Assembly: GCF_037042905.1 (NCBI RefSeq) | Contig: NC_087250.1 | Location: 8,124,001 to 8,188,000, forward strand | DNA length: 64,000 nucleotides | Source of the DNA: Lytechinus pictus | Lineage: Eukaryota | Direction of reading: 5' to 3' | In this document: one piece after another, positions 49,260 through 64,000 of the stretch | How positions within the stretch are numbered: position 1 is the first letter of the stretch | Layout of the letters: each line of letters begins with the position of its first letter | The notes under the pieces: generated by a model | The model's input: only the letters and a program-made list of their open reading frames with translations | Databases searched by the model: none | Told to the model about the DNA's origin: nothing | Program-made: the position numbers and the translations under genes

Positions 49260-52200
49260 GGCTTATTATATTCACTCGCGTTCGTAATCACTCGCGTCGG
49301 GTTGGTAATCACACGCGTTTTTTATTTTTGGCGAATTTTTTTTTTTTCGGTGCGATTTTTTTTCTTACGGTGTCTTCAATGGGACAAACGTACTGGAAAA
49401 ATAAAATGAAATTGAAATTCGAGTTTCGTTTTATTTTAAGCTGGTAAGTGCCTTAAATAAAACGTTCTCGACCACTGTTTTAAGATAACAAGTAAATTTT
49501 GACTACTGTTTTAACATAATCACATTCCACATCTTAAATCTTAGAGCCATAGGCGGCGGAAGCGGGGGGGGGGGCTCCCCCTAAAAAAAGAGAGAGGGGG
49601 GAGAAAGGAAGGGAAAGAGGGAGAAAAGAGAAAGAAAAAAAAAGACAGACAGAAAGAAAGAAGCAAGGAAAAAAGGAGAAAGAAAGGAGAAAAGGAATAA
49701 AGAAGAAAAAGGAGGAAAGGCTACTCTCGATTTAGCTTTGCCTTTGGAGGATTTTCCTGAAGTCTGTGGTATTCTTTATAAAGCATAGCGAGGTGCTACA
49801 ATTTCATAATATCACTATTTATTTGCTTCTCCCTTTCTTTGTGAATTATTCTACACTAACGTAAAAATCAGGGAGGAAAAAAGTGCTGAAGAAGAAAAGC
49901 AAGAAGGAAGGAGGAGGAGAAGTAGAAGAAGAAAAAAGAAGATGGAGGACATAAGGGGGTAAAAATGAAACTAAAAAGAGAAAATTGAGGGGAGGATGTA
50001 GAAGAAGAGAAAGAGAAGATAAAATAAGGGGAAGACTGAGAAGAGAAAAGGAAGAAGTGAGAAGGGAGATGAACAATAAGGAGAAAGGGAAGAAATTGAG
50101 AAGTAGAAGAACAGGGAGAAGAATAAGATGACATAATAATGGGAATAAAAAGAAGACTGAGAAGAAAGAGAAGTAGGAGGGGGAGTAAAGTGCACTCTGG
50201 TTATAAAGAAGTCCGAGGGACCAACAAAATTGTTCCTTTATACAAATAATTGTGTGTGTGTGTGATATAAGTTTTTTTTATATAATGATGGTGCACTGAA
50301 CAAAATTTAAAAATGGTAAAATGGATTTTCATTAATCTTGCAGGACGTTGCAGGGTGAAAAATATAAAAAAAAATTGGGGGTTATCAAGGACAAGAAATC
50401 TACACTGTATTGTAATTTGTATTGTAATGTATTTACAAGTGTATATTTGTTGTTGATCACAATGTTTTATTTATGTTTATGTATCCAGCCTACTGTGACT
50501 CCCTGAAGCCATGTCTTCTGTTTTCCAATCCATTATTTCTGACTCAATCTGAGTTACCTCGTGCTTGGAGTTGTTTAAGGGGCCTGGATAAATGACGTAG
50601 CCGACAACTTCTGTTTTCAGGAAGGCACCGGGACGGTACGGTACCTTGGCTTTGATCGTCGCGCGAATTTTTACCGTGAGAGCGCGCACAGCCACAGGGG
50701 CGGATCTTGACCAAAAGCTTCGGTCTTTGTGTCTATTAATTATTATGTTGGTTGTTCCGCTGAACTCCGTTGGCTCGGCAGTTTATAATCACTCGCGTCG
50801 CGTTCTGGTTCGTAATCACTCGCGTTTTGAATTTTTGGCGATTTTTTTTATTTCGGTGCGATTTTTTTTTAACGGTGTCTTCAATGGGACAGACATGCAG
50901 GGAAATTTGAGTTTCGTTTTAAGCCGGCAATTAAAGAATAGAAAACAAGCTTGATCCGCCCCAGACAGCTGGCAGCAGTCTGTTTCGAGGAGTTTTTTTC
51001 AAACATTTTTAATTTTTTTTTAAATTTCTCTGTATTTGGTGAGTGGAGCCAACGGAGTTCAGCGGAACAACCAACATAATAATTAATAGACACAAAGACC
51101 AAAGCTTTTGGTCAAGATCCGCCCCTGTGGCTGTGCGCGCTCTCACGGTAAAAATTCGCGCGACGATCAAAGCCAAGGTACCGTACCGTCCCGGTGCCTT
51201 CCTGAAAACAGAAGTTGTCGGCTACGTCATTTATCCAGGCCCCTTAAACAACTCCAAGCACGAGGTAACTCAGATTGAGTCAGAAATAATGGATTGGAAA
51301 ACAGAAGACATGGCTTCAGGGAGTCACAGTAGGCTGGATACATAAACATAAATAAAACATTGTGATCAACAACAAATATACACTTGTAAATACATTACAA
51401 TACAGTGTAGATTTCTTGTCCTTGATAACCCCCAAATTTTTTCATATTTTTCACCCTGCAACGTCCTGCAAGATTAATGAAAATCCATTTTACCATTTTT
51501 AAATTTTGTTCAGTGCACCATCATTATATAAAAAAAACTTATATCTCACACACACACACAATTATTTGTATAAAGGAACAATTTTGTTGGTCCCTCGGAC
51601 TTCTTTATAACCAGAGTGCACTTTACTCCCCCTCCTACTTCTATTTCTTCTCAGTCTTCTTTTTATTCCCATTATTATGTCATCTTATTCTTCTCCCTGT
51701 TCTTCTACTTCTCAATTTCTTCCCTTTCTCCTTAGTGTTCATCTCCCTTCTCACTTCTTCCTTTTCTCTTCTCAGTCTTCCCCTTATTTTATCTTCTCTT
51801 TCTCTTCTTCTACATCCTCCCCTCAATTTTCTCTTTTTAGTTTCATTTTTACCCCCTTATGTCCTCCATCTTCTTTTTTCTTCTTCTACTTCTCCTCCTC
51901 CTTCCTTCTTGCTTTTCTTCTTCAGCACTTTTTTCCTCCCTGATTTTTACGTTAGTGTAAAATAATTCACAAAGAAAGGGAGAAGCAAATAAAAAGTGAT
52001 ATTATGAAATTGTAGCACCTCGCTATGCTTTATAAAGAATACCACAGACTTCAGGAAAATCCTCCAAAGGCAAAGCTAAATCGAGAGTAGCCTTTCCTCC
52101 TTTTTCTTCTTTATTCCTTTTCTCCTTTCTTTCTCCTTTTTTCCTTGCTTCTTTCTTTCTGTCTGTCTTTTTTTTTCTTTCTCTTTTCTCCCTCTTTCCC

Positions 52201-52828
52201 TTCCTTTCTCCCCCTCTCTCTTTTTTTAGGGGGAGCCCCCCCCCCCCGCTTCCGCCGCCTATGGCTCTAAGATTTAAGATGTGGAATGTGATTATGTTAA
52301 AACAGTAGTCAAAATTTGCTTGTTATCTTAAAACAGTGGTCGAGAACGTTTTATTTAAGGCACTTACCAGCTTAAAATAAAACGAAACTCGAATTTCAAT
52401 TTCATTTTATTTTTCCAGTACGTTTGTCCCATTGAAGACACCGTTAGAAAAAAAATCGCACCGAAAAAAAAAAAAATCGCCAAAAATAAAAAACGCGTGT
52501 GATTACCAACCCGACGCGAGTGATTACGAACGCGAGTGAATATAATAAGCCGTTGGCTCCACTCACCAAATACAGAGAAATTTAAAAAAAAATTAAAAAT
52601 GTTTGAAAAAAACTCCTCGAAACAGACTGCTGCCAGCTGTCTGGGGCGGATCAAGCTTGTTTTCTATTCTTTAATTGCCGGCTTAAAACGAAACTCAAAT
52701 TTCCCTGCATGTCTGTCCCATTGAAGACACCGTTAAAAAAAAATCGCACCGAAATAAAAAAAATCGCCAAAAATTCAAAACGCGAGTGATTACGAACCAG
52801 AACGCGACGCGAGTGATTATAAACTGCC
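49260..52828 (+). mobile_element. Outer copy of a ~1.79-kb non-autonomous DNA transposon with GGC ends and an 8-bp TSD (Merlin/MuDR-like)
   Basis: Ends GGCTTATTATATTCACTCGCG and GGCAGTTTATAATCACTCGCG (reverse complement); CTTCATCC at 49252-59 and 52829-36. Confidence 0.88.
50777..52551 (-). mobile_element. Inner, inverted copy (1775 bp) of the same element
   Basis: Same termini in reverse; GTTGGCTC at 50769-76 and 52552-59; near-identical to the outer copy. Confidence 0.9.
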
Positions 52829-53457
52829 CTTCATCCCATACATAACAAACAAATTTTAATGTAAAGACCAATGTGCGCTACCATTAACACACTGAAATAG
52901 ACAAGTTCGGGATTTCTTTGAACCACTGGCATAACTTGGATAACAGAAAAATAACAAAACGTTCTGCAATAAAAGCAATTTTTCATATTTCAACATCATA
53001 ATGGATCCGAATAGATATTGATATGATACGTATATAGTTTAATGTAAATGATATAATAGCAACTAGTGTTCAGTTTTTCAGAGCAATACCTCATTGCACC
53101 TAGTCCAAGTGGATGTCAGGTTCCTTACCTAGTTTCTATGGTAACGGTTACCGCATTAATTTTGAAATGTGTAGCGAATCAGGGATTTGAATTTTTAGGT
53201 GTTTCTTAGGTACCATTCTATTCAATTCAATTTCAATTCAATTCATTTATTTTCTCTTTCAATCTTTTTACATTTACAATGATAGTTCAATACACATATT
53301 TACAAAATATAACATTTATATCATTTTTTATAATACAATAATACCATGAAATCGAAAGGGAAGGAGACCAACTAAAAAGCAGAGCTTGTAGGGTGAAGGC
53401 CCCCTTTTATAAGTAAATTTTATGAATAAAAAATAAGATAAAATAAAGAAATAAACA

Positions 53458-53498
<41 letters not shown>

Positions 53499-55135
53499 GA
53501 ATAAAAAATAAACAAATAAAAATAAAAATAAATAAATAATAACAAAAATATATGATTCAGTATACACTGTATACAGAAATCATAAAACGATTAAACATAT
53601 ATACAAAGAGAAATTAATAAACACATTTACATATTAAGTTCTGAATTACATTACTTTGGGAAAAATCGACCTGTTTTGAAGGGGAAATTCACCCTGACAA
53701 ATGGTTTACTGTAAAATTAGCAGAAAAATATATTGGTGAAAGTTTGCGGCAAGCCCATCAAAGATTAAGATAGTTATTAGAAGTTTGAGTTTTTATGATC
53801 TGTGACGTCATACACTAGCAGCTGCCCCGTATTTAATGCACCAAAATGTATACTTTTCGATATTTTAATCAGTGGTTTATGATTGCTAAAAAAAATCTTT
53901 CAGGTGCGGATGTAAAATGATTTGTATGTTACAATAAAAGCCATTTTCATTTTTTTTAAAAAATTGACATTTCATTGATATTTTTTTATTACACCATATG
54001 CGGGAAAAACTGCTCGCAAATGACGTCACCGTTAAAATGTAAAATTCTAACAGCTTTTTAAATCTTTGATGGATTCCCTAAAACCCCCACCGGTATCATT
54101 TTAATTATTTTCTGCTATTTCTACAATAATCTTTATGTCAGTGTGAATTTCCCCTGTAATGAATGAAGTATAATACTTGGGATCCAAAGTGTGCTTCAAA
54201 TTTGAATATTAGAAGAGCGATTTGACATGAGAAGACCGTGCATGTAAGTCCAGGAAAAAATAAGAAATACCAACTCAAGTGTTATCAATTTGGTGCAGAA
54301 GATCTACAGCATCATTTGAAAATGTTACCCTTTCCATTAGTCAAACATATAATTCCAAATTTCTTCTCAGAACCTTTCATATTTAATCTACTGTACATGG
54401 AGGGGCTTTTGGGTTTTTTGGCATGGGGGTTTAAAACTGACCATTTATACCTCTATCATTTTTACCTTTGCCATTATTACCTGTGCCATTTTTTCCTGTG
54501 CCATTTTTACCTTTGCCATTTTTACCTCTGCCATTTTTACCTCTGCCATTTTTACCTCTGCCATTTTTACCTTTGCCATTTTTACCTTTGCCATTTTTAC
54601 CTCTGCCATTTTTACCTCTGCCATTTTTACCTCTGCCATTGTTACCTTTGCCATTTTTACCTCTGCCATTATTACCTCTGCCATTTTTACCTCTGCCATT
54701 TTTACCCGGCACCGATTTAACACCAGCCCGGAATCTATAATGTCCACACCAGAGAAGTATTGAAACAACACCAGTTTGGAAACAAACCGATACTGTTTTG
54801 ATACTAATTGGTGTTGTATAAACACCTGTCTGGTGTTAGACCAAATGGTGCAAATATCTATATTCCGGACTGGTGTTAAATCAACACTAGAGTTTTTGCA
54901 GTGCATTCTCCGTTTTATTCTCTCCCTCTATTTTCCCCACCTTTCTAAAATTATTCGTCTCTTCTTTCGATTCCATCTCATTTTCTCCTGCGACAATTGC
55001 TCCGATGGACAATCTGTAAATTTAGCCGAACTCAAACCTATTATCCAAAACTAAATAAGCCCTTTACATTATTCCGAACAAAAAAAAAACCCCGTTACAA
55101 TGCTAACTCTAACCCTATGTCCTCTGAGATATTAA

Positions 55136-55717
55136 AGGGATGGTCCGGGCTGAAAATATTTATATCTTAATACAAAGAGTAGAATTCACTGAGCAATATG
55201 CCGAAAATTTCATCAAAATCGGATAACAAATAATAAAGTTATTGAAGTTTAAAGTTTAGCAATATTTTGTGAAAACAGTCATCATGAATATTCAATAGGT
55301 GGGCTGATGATGTCACATCTCCACTTTCCGTTTTCTTATGTTATTACATAAAATCATAATTTTTTCATTATTTCATACTTGTATGAATAATATGTCTCCC
55401 TTATAATGAAATAAGTTGCAACAATAAATATCTAATGCACTAAATCAGTTGCCAATCCAATTTTTCTAGTTCTCGGAGGAAAAAATTTGAATAAACATAA
55501 TTTCATATAATAACATACAAAAGAACAAGTGGAGATGTGACATCATCAGCCCACCTAATGAATATTCATGACAACTGTTTTCACAAAATATTGCTAAACT
55601 TTAAAATTCAATAACTTTGTTATTTGTTATCCGATTTTGATGAATTTTTCGGCATTTTGCTCAGTGAATTCTACTCTATTTATTTAGATATAAATAATTT
55701 CAGCCCGGACCATCCCT
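55136..55717. mobile_element. Kolobok-like near-palindromic MITE with a TTAA TSD
   Basis: AGGGATGGTCCGGGCTGAAA TIRs extending ~190 bp; TTAA at 55132-35 and 55718-21. Confidence 0.88.
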
Positions 55718-56149
55718 TTAAGACCGGAGCAAATGTTGCAGGTGCATATGTATTCAAACACCACCATTCACATTTACCTTGTTATGTTAAAAATACACTC
55801 AAATTTCTCATCAATAACATACAAAAATTTCAAATATTCAACAACATACAATATTTTCTCATTGGATGATAATAATTAATGAAATTCACGTCAAATAAAA
55901 TCACATGAATTCAATATTTTTCAACAAGTGTAGAACAAACCTCCAAATTTAATTCAAAATTTGAAAAAACAAGCCATCATGAATGGAACATTAAGTTCTA
56001 TTGAAATAGTTTAAAATGTAACAATTGTGAATAAATATATTTAAGTTTAATTTACATTTGATTCGATCAACATTCCAAATAAATTACAAGCTTACAGTCA
56101 CTGTCGATAACAACATTCAAAATACACATATGTAATGAGTTCAACTCGA

Positions 56150-57450
56150 GAGCAAAATAGTAACAATTATATTTTCAGATTACCAATCAGTTATGTACAA
56201 AGCTAACATTTTTGAATGTATTATTTATTTAACAATGAAAGTGATAAATATAATTACATAAATTATGAATTGTCATCAGGCTTTAGTGATAAATTGAGGC
56301 TAATTTCAAGAGATTAAGACTCATTCATATCATAAATGCACTATTTACACTACAAACATTTTTGAAACTTTTCTTAAGTTTTACAAAGATATATACACAT
56401 GAATCAGCACTTGGCAGTACTAAACACCCATTTACTTGCAGTCTTACTAGTGCTTTCCATTTTTGTTATATTGATTTCCATTTTTTTTCTTTTAATGCAA
56501 TTAAAGAGTGCATGACGCATCAATTCAAATCTGGTTTCAAGTTTTTTTTTTCAATGTCTCAAACAAATATCAATCTATGATAGTTTTTCTCTAATAAGCT
56601 TGAATGTATGTTACATTCACTTCAACTGATATGAATCCCGCCACATCAATTTGTAATGAACTTATGAAATATTTTTTATACGAATACATGAACAGTTTCC
56701 ATGACAATTTTCAAACCGGTATTATGCTTTTGTAAAGGGGTAAATTCTGTAAATTAAACATATCCCAGTATCATCTATTATTCTAATATAAAACAAAATT
56801 GTAGTGTAGTCTTTTGATTCCATCAAAATTCTAAATTAATAAATGTTTTACATGTCAATGACAACTTTTAAAATATGTGTATGTACAATGAGCCTTTTTG
56901 GAAAGCAAAATAGTAACACCAATCAGTCATGTACAGAGCTAACATTTATTTTTTTTGTTTTTGGTTTGTTTTTAGTTAACATTAACACTTTTGTGACTTG
57001 CCACAGATTCTTAACATAAATATACACATGAATCAACACTTGGCAGAACTAAACACACAATTACTCATAGTCTTAATATTGCTTTCCATTTACTCGTTAT
57101 AATGTTGGCTTGCCAATTTTTTTTTTTTTTTTATACAAATGCAACAAAAGCGTAATGTACATCAGTTTGAAATTCTGGTTAAAACTCTCTTTTTAATCTC
57201 AAACAAATATTAATCTATCATAAATTTCTTTCAAATAAGCATGAATGTATGTTTACATGCACTTCAATTGATATAGGTAAATCCCCTTACATCAATTCAA
57301 AATGAACTGATGAAATAGTCATACGAACACTTGAAATGCATGTACAGTTCTCATGACAAGTTAAAGCCTGTCTAAAACTTTTGCAAAGGGTTAAAGAATT
57401 TCATATCCCAGCATCATATATTATTCCAATATAATACAAAACTGTAGTCA
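56150..57450. repeat. Diverged tandem duplication (~650 bp and ~550 bp) downstream of the PRDM9-like stop
   Basis: Collinear shared blocks AGCAAAATAGTAACA, ATATACACATGAATCA.CACTTGGCAG, TCTCAAACAAATAT and CATATCCCAG.ATCAT.TATTATTC. Confidence 0.8.
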
Positions 57451-59258
57451 TTACCAATTTGATAGTGGAGTATTTTTTCAGCTGTTATGATTCAAACTTG
57501 CCAAATTAACACCAAATTTCAGAATTTTTATTTTTTATCAAGAAAATTTGAGTACTTATAAATCTAGTAATTGGACATTAGAAAGCTACAAATTATTCAT
57601 CCTTTCATGCTTGAGTGATCACTGGAAATTAAAAATAACCTATTTCATTACGAATGAATACTAACCTTTTAAGATTGAAATGTAGTATAGTGTAGTAGTA
57701 TAGTTCACATTATTAATCCTTTACCAGTTGTTTTAATCCAAGTGCAAATATTTTGTTTTAATGGCTATGAATAAAATTTCTATCATCTCTACTTTTTTCT
57801 CATATCCTTCTAATGAGATAGTCTTTTTATATTCTAATTTTATATTAAAAAACTTTTCAAGATATAGAGGCCCTGTGTGAAGCTTCATTTATTTTTTTAA
57901 AACTGTGTGTTATTTAAGAATGTTTTAAAGATAAGTAACGAGGACAATAGATTATACGTTTAACATTTTAAGCAGGATGAATCTAATCAAAACCTTCTTT
58001 TAAAGATTTATTGTGATTGCAGTTTACAATTTTAAATTACTATTTGATTTATTTAATCTACAATGTAAATTTGAATTCATGTATAACTATGACTTAGGTT
58101 AAGAACACCAAATTAAGTAAAATTATTCAACAACCTTATTTTGTGTATGTCTGACAACACATGCATTCAACTTGTACCACATTTTGAAACATATTCACAA
58201 ATAGTTCTTATCCAACTGTATTTCAATTGAATTTTCAGATTTATTTGATAATGGTTCATATATCAAAATTTGTATATTGTATGTAACAAAATTCTATTTG
58301 GGAAGACGATTTTTTTCATTTCTTTTATAAATAAACTTTTAATAAGCTTAAGATTAGTAAATCAGAAATTCATAGTGATATTTTGAATAAAGAATCTTTC
58401 ATTTTCAACAAATGTTTAAATATTAGGCCAAATGAAATTTCAATCATTTAGGATGTTGCAAGAAAATATTTGCAATCAATATGTTGCAATTAAGTTTGAA
58501 AGTGATCAAGTTCAACTATCGCAAATCAATTTGAACTTCTTGTTTCGAATAGTAGACCAGCAATTAGGGGCAAAGCAATTAATTTCAGGACTTACAATTG
58601 ATTTTTTTCAACAAAAAAAAATCGACTTACAAGTGATTGCAAGTTTCTTACGATGCTCAAGTAGACATACGTTCTCACAAACAATCTGTAGGAGATTGGT
58701 GTGTATCTAAATAGAAATAAATTCCAATCCAAACTTACATCTCATACTTGCATGCACATGTAATCTACAACAGGTAGTAAATTTCAACTGAAATATACCT
58801 GACCAATGTACATTTCTTTTGTTCTTTGAAGATAAACAACATTCCAAAGTACCTCAGAATTTACACTGGTGGAATTCAATGCACCTGTATCTACATGTAT
58901 GTGATTTTCTACATATTACATATATATGGAGCCACAAATTATAGTGTTAATAGAGATCTTTCGGTTGAAAAAAATAACAATAAAAGGTATAAATGAGTAT
59001 TTTTGTGATATATAGACAAGCAATGTTATAAACTAATTAAGGGAAAAGGCAGATAGAGAAATGATCATTTAAATGGATTTCATTTCGATTGTTTGCAATT
59101 CAGACAAACTTGAAAGCTTTTCCATACTAGAATGAAATCATTCACTAAAAAAAATCTATTTATGCATTTGAAATATCATGTAATTCATATTCCAATTAAA
59201 TAAATTTGATAATGACCTAAGAAAGTTCATGTCTTGAAAACTGCATAATACATATGGA

Positions 59259-63525
<4,267 letters not shown>

Positions 63526-64000
63526 CTGAAACCAAAGAGCAAAAAATTGATATGGATGTTCTTATCTCATATAAAGTTAATGATTTGCTATAAAAGTTTT
63601 CATCAAATAGTTTCACAGGCTTTAATTAAAATAGAAAGTTGCCTTCAAAAAAATCTATCTTCCTCTTGATGAAGTAAAATTATAATTAGATGCGGTACCT
63701 CAAACACAAAAGTTACATTTTATCTGATAATCAGAATCTAACTTTCAAATCTTAGACTGACAAATCTGGAAGGTTTCCTGAAACTTTGTCTTTTCAATAA
63801 TTGATTGCATTTTGAAAAGATAAACTATTAGTATTTGAATGTACATTCAGCTACTTGATAGGCAAAAATGTCAGTCACATGTGATGTGGGAATTAAGTGA
63901 GAGAAATTAAAAGCTGAGTCCACTCACACAAAGGTTAGCGATTGATCGCTAATTTCAGAGAACAATCTGATTGGTTCATGGTAAGTCTACTTAGCAAAAT

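Larger units (their letters stand above)
45441..54713. mobile_element. 9.3-kb foldback (TU-like) transposon with inverted arms of 15-bp tandem repeats
   Basis: GGTAAAAATGGCA(G/A)A arrays at ~45448-45690 (+) and ~54440-54707 (-). GATTTAAC is duplicated at 45433-45440 and 54714-54721. Confidence 0.82.
45413..54903. mobile_element. CACTG-terminated MITE (EnSpm/CMC-like, CA TSD) split into 45413-45440 and 54714-54903 by a large insertion
   Basis: Joining the two halves restores the TIR CACTGCAAAAACT..GTGTTGATTTAACACCAG, which matches the right end. Confidence 0.8.

Noticed and set aside
48499..51965. Hydrophobic Phe/Leu/Ser-rich ORFs resembling membrane proteins
   Set aside because: Polypyrimidine low-complexity tracts inside transposons.
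49260..52828. Large inverted repeat as an assembly error
   Set aside because: Two distinct 8-bp TSDs and small differences between the arms fit a real nested insertion; long reads are still needed for proof.

Overview
AT-rich, intron-rich animal genomic DNA. The repeat families and gene content suggest an invertebrate deuterostome, most likely a sea urchin; this is an inference. Three spliced protein-coding genes lie on the minus strand. (1) At the right edge is the 3' part of a PRDM9/Meisetz-type gene. It has an SSXRD-like exon, a Zn knuckle, a PR/SET domain with all three catalytic tyrosines, a post-SET finger, and a terminal exon carrying an 84-bp minisatellite array of 11 zinc fingers that vary almost only at DNA-contact positions. 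(2) A complete 25-exon gene (42196 to 6150, about 1436 aa, hand-spliced with consistent phases) encodes a mosaic type-I membrane protein: signal peptide, 5 CUB, two C-type lectin + FN3 modules, ZP module, furin site, TM helix and a short tail. (3) At the left edge is the first coding exon of a Pro/His-rich protein with PY motifs. Between genes 1 and 2 is a four-level transposon nest. A CACTG MITE is split by a 9.3-kb foldback (TU-like) element whose arms are 15-bp tandem repeats (8-bp TSD). That element contains a 1.8-kb GGC-terminated element that carries an inverted copy of itself, each copy with its own 8-bp TSD, making a palindrome with 1.5-kb arms. The introns hold many MITEs, Helentron-like elements, SINE pieces and satellites. 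Most ORFs in the supplied track are repeat or antisense artefacts.
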